DNA from: a virus | Taxonomy: Duplodnaviria; Heunggongvirae; Uroviricota; Caudoviricetes | IMG/VR virus record: IMGVR_UViG_3300010396_000041 | Length of the DNA stretch: 38,720 bases | Reading direction: 5' to 3' (one strand) | In this document: positions 6,959-15,824 of the stretch, piece by piece | Layout of the letters: each line of letters opens with the position of its first letter | Numbering within the stretch: the first letter of the stretch is position 1 | Program-made: the position numbers and the translations under genes | Notes under the pieces: generated by a model | Told to the model about the DNA's origin: nothing | Seen by the model: the letters and a program-made list of their open reading frames with translations, nothing else | Database searches by the model: none

Positions 6959-8461
6959 TTGGCTAAGTACCCCGACCTCAACCCGGAGCCCTCCGTCATG
7001 CAGGGCGGCCAGGTTCCTTCGATGCTCGTCGCGATGATCGGCCCCGGCGGCATGCCGATGATGGGCACCCCCATCACCGACGACGACATCAAGTTCCACG
7101 ACGAAACGTGGATGGTCCTGCCGAAAGGCATGACCTACGAGCGCGCCTGCCAGATCCTCAAGGCCAAGCAGGAGGAGGAGGAGAACGTCGTCGCGATCAG
7201 CCGCAAGTACCTCTACCGGCCCGACGACGGCGCGGCGGCAGCCGCCCACGTGCTCAAGGAGCGCTACGGCATCACCCTCGGCAAGGAGATGCAGCTGCCG
7301 TTCGGCATGACCAAGCCTCCGCAGCTGCGCACCGTCACCGTCGGAGTCAACAAGACCATCCAGGCTCCGTGGGACATCGTCGAAATCCCCGTGATCAAGG
7401 GCGCCGAGATCCGGCTGGCCGCGATCGAGGACGAGGACTGGGGCCCGGTGTTCTTCGTCTCCGTCGAGACTCCGAAGAAGCACCGCAAGGAGGTCGACGC
7501 GCTGCTGGACGCGCTGGAGCAGCACCTGCGTGAGCACTCGATCTACCGGGGCAAGGCAGTCGTCGGCGCGGGGCGCCTCGACTTCCTCGACACCTCGAAG
7601 TTCGACCCGACGAAGATCTGCTTCTCCGATCACGTCAACGAGATGCTGGAGAACGCCGTGTTCGGCGCGATCCGCAACGCCGACGCATTCGTTGCCGACG
7701 GCATCCCGCTGCGCCGCGCCATCCTGCTGCACGGCCCCTACGGCACCGGCAAGTCCTCGATCGGCCTGAAGACCGCCCAGATCGCCGAGCAGAACGGCTG
7801 GACGTTCCTGATGGGCAAGACCGGCTCGGACTCGGTCAAGACCGTGCTCCAGACCGCGAAGCTCTACCAGCGGTGCGTCGTGTTCGTCGAGGACATCGAC
7901 GTGCAGGCCGACGAGAACAATCCGCAGAAGATCGCGCAGCTGCTCGAAGCGTTCGACGGCGTGACCTCCAAGGGCACCGAGATCATCCTCGTGATGACCA
8001 CCAACCACGTCGACCGCATCCACAAGGGCCTGATGCGGCCCGGCCGCCTCGACTTCATGATCGAGGTCGGCGCGCTGGACCGCAGCGGCATCGAAGCGTT
8101 GATCCGCGCGGTGGTCAAGCCCGGACAGCTCTTCCCGGACACCGACTTCGACCTGGTCTACAAGGCCATGGAAGGGTTCGAGCCCGCGTTCGTCAAGGCC
8201 ACCGCCGACCGCGCCAAGACCTGGGCGCTCAACCGCACCGGCGGTGACCCGAACTACCTGCTGGTCACCGAGGACTTCGTCGGCGCGGCCGGTTCGCTGC
8301 GCGAGCAGCTGCGGCTGCTCAACGAGGCCCACGAGGGCATGCCCGCTCCGGCGATCGAGACCGCGCTGCGTGAGCTGATGCGCGGCGAGCTCAACGGCCT
8401 GGCTGTGATGGAGGACGGCTACAAGGCCTACGACATCAAGGTCCCGGCCGAGATCGACTAG
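6959..8461 (+). CDS. Classical-clade AAA+ ATPase (about 500 aa) with long N-terminal domain
   Basis: Walker A GPYGTGKS (7733-7756), Walker B VVFVEDID, second region of homology TTNHVDRIHKGLMRPGRLD. TTG 6959 is the likely start; the 6374 extension overlaps the vWA gene and the hairpins. Confidence 0.9.
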   Translation: MAKYPDLNPEPSVMQGGQVPSMLVAMIGPGGMPMMGTPITDDDIKFHDETWMVLPKGMTYERACQILKAKQEEEENVVAISRKYLYRPDDGAAAAAHVLKERYGITLGKEMQLPFGMTKPPQLRTVTVGVNKTIQAPWDIVEIPVIKGAEIRLAAIEDEDWGPVFFVSVETPKKHRKEVDALLDALEQHLREHSIYRGKAVVGAGRLDFLDTSKFDPTKICFSDHVNEMLENAVFGAIRNADAFVADGIPLRRAILLHGPYGTGKSSIGLKTAQIAEQNGWTFLMGKTGSDSVKTVLQTAKLYQRCVVFVEDIDVQADENNPQKIAQLLEAFDGVTSKGTEIILVMTTNHVDRIHKGLMRPGRLDFMIEVGALDRSGIEALIRAVVKPGQLFPDTDFDLVYKAMEGFEPAFVKATADRAKTWALNRTGGDPNYLLVTEDFVGAAGSLREQLRLLNEAHEGMPAPAIETALRELMRGELNGLAVMEDGYKAYDIKVPAEID

Positions 8462-8473
8462 CACACCCAGGCC

Positions 8474-8507
8474 CCCGGCCCCGCAGGCTCGACACTGCGG
8501 GGCCGGG
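8474..8507 (+). terminator. 13-bp hairpin after the AAA gene
   Basis: CCCGGCCCCGCAG-8 nt-CTGCGGGGCCGGG. Confidence 0.5.
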
Positions 8508-8525
8508 CCCCACGGAAGGAAGATC

Positions 8526-8957
8526 ATGACTGACGACGTCGCACGCTCTATCGGCGGTAACCGCACCTTCCGGGCGCGCTACAGCGGCAAGGACCTGGTG
8601 CAGGTCGAGATGGGCAGCGCGGGACAGTTCTCTCGGGTCATCACCATGGCCTACGACGAGTTCCGCACCCAGGTCGACAAGGTCGAGACCGACCGCACCG
8701 CCGAGGCGGCGAAGATCTTCCACCTGCCGTGGTCGATCGAGGAGGAGCTGCCGCGCCTGCTGCCCTGGGCGAGCGCGATGCCCGCTCACGAGCAGAAGGC
8801 GATGCTGCGTGAGCTGGCGGACGCGATCCGCCAGAGCCCGGAAGCGTGGGCTCAGTGCCTCCTCGAATGGCAGCGCACTGCCGAGGTCTACGCGGACCCG
8901 GAGCTACGCCGCCAGCTCGTTGAACGCCCCGACACCCCGCTGGAGGATCACCAATGA
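8526..8957 (+). CDS. Hypothetical protein with helical C-terminus resembling actinobacterial antitoxin-like domains
   Basis: GAAGGA RBS; LPWASAMP...RELADA...LLEWQRTAEVYADPEL. The resemblance is from recall only. Confidence 0.7.
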   Translation: MTDDVARSIGGNRTFRARYSGKDLVQVEMGSAGQFSRVITMAYDEFRTQVDKVETDRTAEAAKIFHLPWSIEEELPRLLPWASAMPAHEQKAMLRELADAIRQSPEAWAQCLLEWQRTAEVYADPELRRQLVERPDTPLEDHQ

Positions 8958-9376
8958 GCACCATGACCGAGCCCATCACCGAGTCGCTGCCGGACGCGGC
9001 CCTCACTCCCGCCGAGCGGGCGTGGGACGCCATCGCCTACATGGAAGCGCATCCCGACGAGGTCAACCTGGAGTCGTGGGGCGCCGTCCACCCCGACGAT
9101 GAGTCGCGTACGGTGGGCTGCTTCGCCCATCATGTGGTCAAGCAGGCCGGGTACGAGTTCGCCGACCTCGACGACGGCCGCATGTACGTGAAGGTCGGGC
9201 AGGGGCGGGAGCACCTGCACATCACGGCGGCGCGACTGCTGGAGGTCGAGCCGACCACGACGCGTTGCCCGTGTGGGTGTGACACCCACGAGTTGTTCAA
9301 GGCGACCGGCACGCTGACTGAGCGTGCGGCGCTTGTGGAGAAGATGTTCGGGCCGCGACCGGCGCTGGCGGGCTAA
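8954..9376 (+). CDS. Actinophage hypothetical protein
   Basis: ATGA overlap; HPDEVNLESW...TVGCFAHHVVKQAG motif. Confidence 0.75.
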   Translation: MSTMTEPITESLPDAALTPAERAWDAIAYMEAHPDEVNLESWGAVHPDDESRTVGCFAHHVVKQAGYEFADLDDGRMYVKVGQGREHLHITAARLLEVEPTTTRCPCGCDTHELFKATGTLTERAALVEKMFGPRPALAG

Positions 9377-9386
9377 CAGCCTCGGG

Positions 9387-9427
9387 AGGGCGGCTCAGAG
9401 CGCTTCTCCGAGCCTCTGAGCCGCCCT
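9387..9427 (+). terminator. 14-bp hairpin abutting promoter copy 4
   Basis: AGGGCGGCTCAGAG-13 nt-CTCTGAGCCGCCCT. Confidence 0.55.
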
Positions 9428-9434
9428 TAGGCTG

Positions 9435-9447
9435 TGCTACGCTACTC
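9435..9447 (+). promoter_or_regulatory. Conserved promoter-like motif, copy 4 (TGCTACGCTACTC)
   Basis: Exact copy, 44 nt before GTG 9479. Confidence 0.7.
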
Positions 9448-9478
9448 CTACCCTGAAAGCCCGTGAGGAGCCCTCTCC

Positions 9479-10129
9479 GTGCCAGACATGACCATCGCCA
9501 AAGACCTCGCCGACCTCGCCCTCCTCGGCGAGCACGTCACCCTCGAAACCAAGCCCATCAACCTGCCCGAAGTCGCCACCTTCAGCAACGAAGGAGCACC
9601 CGAATGGGTCAAGGGCCTCGACTTCATGGAGACCGACGAGGAGTGGCGCAACCTCTACATCGACCTCCAGAAGCACCGAGGTGAGTACTGGGAGGAGACC
9701 GTCCGCGCGTTCGAGCAGAACCCGGGCGACTTCTACAACGCCTACCACTACCTCGACTCCCACCCCGCGTTCTACTACTTCCACCAGCTCGGCAAACTCA
9801 CCGCCGAGGAACGCATCCACGAACGCCACCTGGAGCACGACGGGCTGGTCACCGAATCCCTTCACGTCATGGTCGTGAAGGTCAACCCGGAGACCGAGCG
9901 GCGCGAAGAGGACGAAGAGCTCAACACCAAGACCGTCATATGGGTCGAGATGGGCAAGCGCGGCTGGCCCAAACACCCCACCGACGACCCCCACACCTGG
10001 GACCACCGCTGGCACGACATCGACCTGGACTGCGGAGGCGACACCTACGAGCAGGCGATCATCACCGCAGCCATCTACCTGCACCACGCCTACGGCAACG
10101 ACCGGACCATCTGCGACAAGGAGCAGTGA
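9479..10129 (+). CDS. Hypothetical acidic/His-rich protein
   Basis: GAGGAG RBS 8 nt before GTG; strong codon bias. Confidence 0.8.
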   Translation: MPDMTIAKDLADLALLGEHVTLETKPINLPEVATFSNEGAPEWVKGLDFMETDEEWRNLYIDLQKHRGEYWEETVRAFEQNPGDFYNAYHYLDSHPAFYYFHQLGKLTAEERIHERHLEHDGLVTESLHVMVVKVNPETERREEDEELNTKTVIWVEMGKRGWPKHPTDDPHTWDHRWHDIDLDCGGDTYEQAIITAAIYLHHAYGNDRTICDKEQ

Positions 10130-10311
10130 TGGTCAGGGAACTACGCCAGGTCGATGACCCGGACGAGGTGACCGACGAGCTCGGCGCCCGCCCGGTCGTA
10201 CGCACCAAAACCGGGAAGCTCATGTCCGGGACCTGGCTTGCCTACCCGGTCAACCAGGGGGCCAAGCGGGGGGTGACCAAGAGCAACAAGAACAAGCGGA
10301 GGAAGAAATGA
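10129..10311 (+). CDS. Small protein with basic tail
   Basis: AAGGAG RBS; TGATG coupling with the upstream gene. Confidence 0.6.
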   Translation: MVRELRQVDDPDEVTDELGARPVVRTKTGKLMSGTWLAYPVNQGAKRGVTKSNKNKRRKK

Positions 10312-10544
10312 AGACCGCCGTAGCGGCACCGCCGCCTCCCGGCGAGGAAGAGATCAGCCCGTCGAAGGCTGCCAGCGTACTGCGCGGCCTGATCAACGAC
10401 CCCGCCGCCCGAGCAACGATGCAAGGCCAGAAGCCGCTAGAGATCCTACGCCCGCACATCCAGGCATTGATCGAGTACTACGAACAGCACGAAGCTGTAC
10501 ATGTCTACAACGAAGGAATCCGGATCTCCGATGGATGCTCCTAG
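10308..10544 (+). CDS. Hypothetical protein
   Basis: GGAGG RBS; ATGA overlap. Confidence 0.65.
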   Translation: MKTAVAAPPPPGEEEISPSKAASVLRGLINDPAARATMQGQKPLEILRPHIQALIEYYEQHEAVHVYNEGIRISDGCS

Positions 10545-10746
10545 CGCCGCCCCCAGCATCGACCCGAAGGACCTGGCGCAGGAGATCTGCGACACCCTCA
10601 ACAAGATCCACGCCGCTGGGCTCGTGCTGCGCACCCGCACCGACCACCAGTCGGTTCTATCCGAGCCCGGACACACCATCGGCTGGGTCGACGTCGCAAC
10701 GCTGGAGTACAACGACGAAGACGACGAATGGTTCGTGGCGGCTTGA
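10531..10746 (+). CDS. Hypothetical protein
   Basis: ATG 10531, short overlap upstream, TTGA coupling downstream. Confidence 0.6.
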   Translation: MDAPSAAPSIDPKDLAQEICDTLNKIHAAGLVLRTRTDHQSVLSEPGHTIGWVDVATLEYNDEDDEWFVAA

Positions 10747-11141
10747 CCAACGACGAGCACTTGCAGTTCATCCTCGAACTGCTCAAGATCAGCCGCGACG
10801 CTGACCTGATCTACCAAGACTGCCCGTTCCTCTGGCACGTCGAAGACGACCGGGCCCACTTCTCCATGGCCTGCTCCGACACCTTCGCATGGGGGTGCGC
10901 TGACGCGGAAGACATCACCCCCGATGACCTTCCACTGCTACGCCAGACCTTCGCCGACCTCAAGGCAGCAGAAGGACACAGCGAGATCTGGCTAGCCGAG
11001 CTCTACAGCGCCCGCAGACGCGGCATGCGACCGATGAACCGATGGATGCAGGTACAACGCCGCGAAGGCATGAACGACGCCGCCTACGCCCTGTTCTGCG
11101 CCGCTGGCCCCGAACGAGAGTCGACCTGGACCGCACCGTGA
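10743..11141 (+). CDS. Actinophage hypothetical protein
   Basis: TTGA overlap; CSDTFAWGCADAEDIT...ARRRGMRP motif, which I recognise from phage proteins. Confidence 0.75.
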   Translation: MTNDEHLQFILELLKISRDADLIYQDCPFLWHVEDDRAHFSMACSDTFAWGCADAEDITPDDLPLLRQTFADLKAAEGHSEIWLAELYSARRRGMRPMNRWMQVQRREGMNDAAYALFCAAGPERESTWTAP

Positions 11142-11698
11142 CCGAAGAGATCCACGAACAGATCGAAGACGAACCGCGCGGCTGGCGCAAGGACGGCTAC
11201 CACGCCAACCGCTGGTGGTACTCCTTCCCCTGGCGCCAGACCCGCTGGTGGCTCCCCCGGTGGGGGCTCGGCGCCGACGAGTACTGCAACAACACCTGGT
11301 ATCTGATCACCCCTCTCGGCGAGATCACAGTGCGCTACCAGCGCGGTCCGGTCCGCCGGTTCGAAGACGGCCCCTGCCAGATGTGCGCAGCCTTCGACAC
11401 CGAGGACCGGGTCCGCTACAAGGACTGGGCGCAGCTGCTGGCAGCAACCGTCCACCAGTGGCCCGAGCCGAAGCCGCTGAAAGTCACCGTCTGGCCACCT
11501 AGCAGGCACCACTCCCGGTCCCGCGACATTCAGATTCACAAAGTCGGCTGGACCATGACCTGGCGCAAGCGGTTCAAAGACTGGGACCCCGCGCACGTCG
11601 AGGAGATGGTCCGCGACTACCTGCGCTGCCTGTACGACGGCGAAGTACGCGGCATGGCGGTGCTGCGCCTGGATATCGAATGGAAGGACGAGAAGTGA
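11138..11698 (+). CDS. Trp-rich hypothetical protein
   Basis: GTGA overlaps at both ends. Confidence 0.7.
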   Translation: MTEEIHEQIEDEPRGWRKDGYHANRWWYSFPWRQTRWWLPRWGLGADEYCNNTWYLITPLGEITVRYQRGPVRRFEDGPCQMCAAFDTEDRVRYKDWAQLLAATVHQWPEPKPLKVTVWPPSRHHSRSRDIQIHKVGWTMTWRKRFKDWDPAHVEEMVRDYLRCLYDGEVRGMAVLRLDIEWKDEK

Positions 11699-11928
11699 TG
11701 ATGACCATCCGGGAGATGATCGCCCGGCTCGGCGAGTACCCCGAGGACGCAATCGTCGTGACCTCCCAGGGCGGAGACGACAACAACTACTTCACCAAGG
11801 ACGTGTTCGTCGCTGGCGGGTACCTCACCGAGCGTGGTTCGTTCGAGGCAGACCCCTGCGAGGACGAAGCCGAGGACGAGGTCTACAAGCCGCTGCCTGG
11901 TGACATCCGGGTGGTGTCGATCCAGTGA
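11695..11928 (+). CDS. Small acidic hypothetical protein
   Basis: GTGA coupling on both sides. Confidence 0.65.
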   Translation: MMMTIREMIARLGEYPEDAIVVTSQGGDDNNYFTKDVFVAGGYLTERGSFEADPCEDEAEDEVYKPLPGDIRVVSIQ

Positions 11929-12365
11929 TCACGATCGTCAAGGCAGTACAGACCTCCATGGCGTGTCCCTCGCAGTGGGACGCGTGGGATGAGGAAGGCC
12001 GTTACTACTACCTGCGCTACCGGCACGGCTGCGGCAGCGTCGAGCGGGCGGCCAGCCAGGAGGAGTGGCGCAAGAACTGCGTGCTCCTGGAGCCGACGGA
12101 AGAACACCCCTACGGTCTTTACACCTGGCCGGGCACCGAGTTCCTGCACGAGCACGACTTCGAGGAAGGCAACGAGCTGGACGGCTCGATCTCCCTGGAG
12201 CGGTTCTGCGAGCTCGCCAAGATCACCCTCGCCCCGGGCGCGTCGCGTACCGCGTTCTGGCGACACGTCTCCAACGAGCTGACCAAGGAATTCAAGGACG
12301 ACCCTGCCGCACTGGCTCAGGCCGACCAGCTCCTGGCAGGCGTCGACCTCGACCAGGAGCAGTGA
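11925..12365 (+). CDS. Phage hypothetical protein
   Basis: ACPSQWDAWDEEGRYYYLRYRHG motif; coupled starts and stops. Confidence 0.75.
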   Translation: MITIVKAVQTSMACPSQWDAWDEEGRYYYLRYRHGCGSVERAASQEEWRKNCVLLEPTEEHPYGLYTWPGTEFLHEHDFEEGNELDGSISLERFCELAKITLAPGASRTAFWRHVSNELTKEFKDDPAALAQADQLLAGVDLDQEQ

Positions 12366-12670
12366 TGCTGGACCACACGAAGACGTACCTGCTTGAGCGC
12401 GAGTACCAGATCGCCGAGAGGGACTTGAAGCGCGCTCAAGCACAGGTCGAAGAGTTCGCCATGCAGCGCGCTTACGTGGCGCTGCGCATGAAGGAGCTCG
12501 GCTACAAGCAGGTCGAGATCGCCGAACGCTTGGGCATCACGGCGGTGCGGGTCTCGCAGATGGTGTGCAAGGCCCGCAAGGACCGTGAACGGCGTGAGAT
12601 CGCCGACCTGGCCAGGCGGGCGCGTGAAGTTACGGTGCCGTCGAGGATCGTGATCCGCGATGATCGATAA
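12365..12670 (+). CDS. HTH DNA-binding protein (sigma-70 region 4-like)
   Basis: GYKQVEIAERLGITAVRVSQMV helix-turn-helix; AGGAG RBS. Confidence 0.7.
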   Translation: MLDHTKTYLLEREYQIAERDLKRAQAQVEEFAMQRAYVALRMKELGYKQVEIAERLGITAVRVSQMVCKARKDRERREIADLARRAREVTVPSRIVIRDDR

Positions 12671-13172
12671 GGACGCATGGGTCGACTACTCGGCCCAGCG
12701 CGACGCGCTACGAGCCGAGTACCGGCCTACTTTCGATCGGTTCTCCGCCTCGACCCCGGAGCAGCGGGAGGCGGCGTGGCAAGAGCTGATGGTCAAGCTC
12801 GACGCGCTGCGTGAGCGCTTCGAGATCACCGCCGAGGTGAACGAGAGGGTCATCACCTACGAGTACTCGGTGTTCACCGAGGCTGATGACCCAGAGCACT
12901 ACATCGGGCTTTCGTCCTGGACGATCGAGGTCGCCTACCGGGGGCGGGGTCTGTGGGGGGTGCTGCACCGTGGGTTCGCCCTGGGTAAGGACGGAACCTG
13001 GGACTACGAGTCTTCGCCTAGCAACCGTGAGGACGACTGGCTGGGTGAGCATCGCTGGCCGCTTGCGGAGGCTCAGGAGCGGGCTTTGAAGGCGGCGCCG
13101 CACGTGAGTGTGAACGGGCGGACCGCAGCGGAAGTCAAGATCGAACTTCTCATGGAGGGAAAGATCAAATGA
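12660..13172 (+). CDS. Streptomyces-phage-type hypothetical protein
   Basis: IEVAYRGRGLWGV...WDYESSPSNREDDWLGEHRW...AAPHVSVNG motif. Confidence 0.75.
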   Translation: MIDKDAWVDYSAQRDALRAEYRPTFDRFSASTPEQREAAWQELMVKLDALRERFEITAEVNERVITYEYSVFTEADDPEHYIGLSSWTIEVAYRGRGLWGVLHRGFALGKDGTWDYESSPSNREDDWLGEHRWPLAEAQERALKAAPHVSVNGRTAAEVKIELLMEGKIK

Positions 13173-13507
13173 ACGACGCTGAACCGAACTGTACCAACCG
13201 GGTGATCTCGCGTATCTCCAAGGGTTACCACATCAAGATCGAAGGCAAGTGGCGGCGCGTCGATGCGGTCGAGTACGCCCAGCGCGGCGGCCACCTCGTG
13301 ATCGTCACCGACTCCGGTAGCTTCCCGACCAAGACCGGGACGCTCTGGCCCTCCCGCGACGCCGCCGAGCAGTTCTACGCGGTCTCAGCGCTGCTCCCGA
13401 TGGTTCAGCGCGTCAAGGTCGATGACCGGCGCCTGGGCAACCCGTTCAACGGGTCGCGCGCCAGCGGCATCGCCCACACCGACATCGTGAGGGTCTACAC
13501 CGCATGA
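13169..13507 (+). CDS. Hypothetical protein
   Basis: ATGA coupling on both sides. Confidence 0.65.
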   Translation: MNDAEPNCTNRVISRISKGYHIKIEGKWRRVDAVEYAQRGGHLVIVTDSGSFPTKTGTLWPSRDAAEQFYAVSALLPMVQRVKVDDRRLGNPFNGSRASGIAHTDIVRVYTA

Positions 13508-13935
13508 GGCGACGGCTCCACCCCCTGCTGCTGGTCACCGGGTCGCGGGAATGCGACTACGACCCAGTGGTCGCAGTACTCGATGACACCCTGAAGGAGA
13601 TCATCGGCTCATACGGCCCGCCGTTCGTGATGCACGGCGGGGCGCGCGGAGCCGATCAGATCGCCCACATGTGGGCCAGTGAGAAGGCCGCCACCCGAGA
13701 GGTCGCGTGGGTCGAGCGGTTCCCGGCCCACTGGGCGGTTTACGGGAAGGGCGCCGGGCCGATCCGCAACGCGGCGATGGCCGAACGGATCTGGCCGCAC
13801 CAGGAGGCTGGTGGGCTCGTGATCGTACTCGCCTTCCCGAAGGGTGAGTCACGCGGCACCCGCGACATGATCAGCGCGGCCGAGGCCGTAGGAATCAACG
13901 ACATACGCACCTATGAGCAGGAGCTGGCTGCATGA
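13504..13935 (+). CDS. SLOG-family (YspA/DUF2493-like) protein
   Basis: VTGSR, HGGARGAD, AGPIRNAAM and SRGTRDM motifs. Confidence 0.85.
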   Translation: MRRRLHPLLLVTGSRECDYDPVVAVLDDTLKEIIGSYGPPFVMHGGARGADQIAHMWASEKAATREVAWVERFPAHWAVYGKGAGPIRNAAMAERIWPHQEAGGLVIVLAFPKGESRGTRDMISAAEAVGINDIRTYEQELAA

Positions 13936-14399
13936 CTGAGATGCCCGACTTCGACGCGCCGCTGATGGCGTTCGCCGAGCGCCTGCATCAGGCGGAGTTC
14001 TCCGAGGATGAGATCTCCGAGGCTTCTGCCGCCCTGGGCCAGTTCACCGGCGAAGCGTTCAACATCATCCAGGCTCACATCCACACGATGGTGGACCGGC
14101 TCGGGATGCGCGCGACCGACGCGTTCGCCAAGGAGACGGTGGAGGACGACTGGTACAAGGGTTTCCTCTCGGGGATCGTGGTGTCTCTCCAGGTGATCCT
14201 GTACGGCGACGAGCACACTGAGCAGATGCTGGCTTCGGGAATCATTCCCAAGCTGCGTCAGGGCATGGATGCTCTGCTTGATCAGAACGAGGACCAGCTG
14301 CCGCCGGAGGTGCGGCGCCTGATTCAGGCGATCAAGGACGGTGAGGAGCCCAGTGAAGAGATCGTGCGGGCTGCGTCGCTGGCGTGGATGATGCCGTGA
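13932..14399 (+). CDS. Acidic helical hypothetical protein
   Basis: AGGAG RBS; ATGA overlap. Confidence 0.7.
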   Translation: MTEMPDFDAPLMAFAERLHQAEFSEDEISEASAALGQFTGEAFNIIQAHIHTMVDRLGMRATDAFAKETVEDDWYKGFLSGIVVSLQVILYGDEHTEQMLASGIIPKLRQGMDALLDQNEDQLPPEVRRLIQAIKDGEEPSEEIVRAASLAWMMP

Positions 14400-14698
14400 G
14401 TTTGACCGAGGAGCTGGCGGCGGTCGCGGACACGCTGGCTGCCGCCGGGTTCGCTGCGGCGGAGTATGACGTCAACGGCTTGGTGACGAATCCGGGGTTT
14501 GTGATCGAAGCCACAACCGAGCCGGGAGTTCTCTACGTCTCTCGGGATCGGGTCGCGCTGGGTGGGCGTAAGACCGGCGCGCAGGTTCGTCGCGGGCTTG
14601 AGGTCTATGCGCGACATCTGGAGCAGGCGGGCTGGCTGGTCGAGGTCAAGGGGCAGTACCTGCTGGCCACCCCTGGTGACCTGGGCGGTCAGGTGTGA
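14396..14698 (+). CDS. Hypothetical protein
   Basis: GTGA overlap; last gene before promoter copy 5. Confidence 0.65.
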   Translation: MSLTEELAAVADTLAAAGFAAAEYDVNGLVTNPGFVIEATTEPGVLYVSRDRVALGGRKTGAQVRRGLEVYARHLEQAGWLVEVKGQYLLATPGDLGGQV

Positions 14699-14713
14699 AC
14701 AACCCTAGCGCTC

Positions 14714-14726
14714 TGCTACATTACTC
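14714..14726 (+). promoter_or_regulatory. Conserved promoter-like motif, copy 5 (TGCTACATTACTC)
   Basis: Two-base variant, 54 nt before ATG 14768. Confidence 0.6.
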
Positions 14727-14767
14727 ACCGTAAGCAAACCCACCCGATCATTCGGAAAGGATCACCC

Positions 14768-15715
14768 ATGCGTCTCAACAAGCTGACCAAGCGCGCCCTC
14801 GGCGCGCTCACGGCGGGCGCTCTGGTGGCAGCGCTCGGCGCGTCGGCCGCCAGCGCCACCAGCGCCGCCACGGGCACCAACGGCTTCACCCAGGTCCAGC
14901 AGACCCGCGTGTTCGACTCCGGCCGCATCGCCGGTGACGCACTGCTCCCCTCCGGCGCAGACCAGGTCATCAACCCGAACGCGTCCAAGACCCTCGTGCC
15001 CGCCGGAGCCACGGCGGTCGAGATCCAGATCACCGCTGCGTCCGAGACCAGCGTGAACGGCGACCTCGACGTCCACCCGACCGCGAAGTTCACCCCCGGT
15101 TCGACCTCGAACCTGAACTACGTCAAGGGTGTCGCGGTCACCAGCTCCACCGCCGCCGAGCTCGCCCCGGACGGCACCTTCCGCGTCTACAACCACGCGG
15201 GCGGCGCCGGGTCGGTCCGGCTGATCGTCGACATCCTCGGCTACTACGCGCCCACGGCGGCCTACACCCCGCCCGCCACGCTGACGAAGGACTTCGGCGC
15301 GGTCGGCTCGGTCGCAACCGGCGGTCCGTTCAACAGCAACGCCACCTCGGTCGGCACGGTGGACGTTCCGGCGGGCACCTACCTGGTCTCGCTCTCGTTC
15401 AAGGCGGCCGGTGACCCGACCTTCAGCGCCGCGCACCCGACCGTGGGCGTCGAGCCGAACGTGTTCTTGTACAACACGGGCAAGAACCCCTCGTTCGCCG
15501 GTGACGTGCTGAACATCGGGAACGGCGCGCTGCCGCTGGGCAACCACACGGCGGACAGCTACTGGACCGGCACCGCGACCTTGACGCTGACGGACACCAC
15601 CACGATGTACCTCTACGCCTTCGGGTACGACAGCGACACGAGCGCTGGCGCGTACAACCTGGAGGACGTCTCGGTGACCTTCACGCCGATCGGTGGCGCG
15701 CAGGCGCTGAGCTAG
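14768..15715 (+). CDS. Secreted/surface protein with signal peptide and actinobacterial extracellular beta-domain
   Basis: Basic N-region, hydrophobic core and A-x-A site. TRVFDS...VPAGATAV...SNLNY...GTFRVYN...LIVDILGYY is a module common in secreted actinobacterial proteins. Confidence 0.8.
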   Translation: MRLNKLTKRALGALTAGALVAALGASAASATSAATGTNGFTQVQQTRVFDSGRIAGDALLPSGADQVINPNASKTLVPAGATAVEIQITAASETSVNGDLDVHPTAKFTPGSTSNLNYVKGVAVTSSTAAELAPDGTFRVYNHAGGAGSVRLIVDILGYYAPTAAYTPPATLTKDFGAVGSVATGGPFNSNATSVGTVDVPAGTYLVSLSFKAAGDPTFSAAHPTVGVEPNVFLYNTGKNPSFAGDVLNIGNGALPLGNHTADSYWTGTATLTLTDTTTMYLYAFGYDSDTSAGAYNLEDVSVTFTPIGGAQALS

Positions 15716-15740
15716 GCCCCCCTCACGGCACGGAGGGGCC

Positions 15741-15779
15741 GCCCCCCGATCAGCATCTGCGCTGGTCGGGGGGCGCTTT
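15741..15779 (+). terminator. Intrinsic terminator after the secreted protein gene
   Basis: 14-bp stem GCCCCCCGATCAGC/GCTGGTCGGGGGGC (one G-U) followed by GCTTT. Confidence 0.65.
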
Positions 15780-15811
15780 AGTTGGGGGACGTGCGGTTCC
15801 TCGGCGCGCCA

Positions 15812-15824
15812 TGCTACGTTACTC
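15812..15824 (+). promoter_or_regulatory. Conserved promoter-like motif, copy 6 (TGCTACGTTACTC)
   Basis: One-base variant, 54 nt before ATG 15866. Confidence 0.68.

Noticed and set aside
5988-8566. Long - strand ORFs opposite the vWA and AAA genes
   Set aside because: Antisense shadows; the + strand products carry the conserved motifs.
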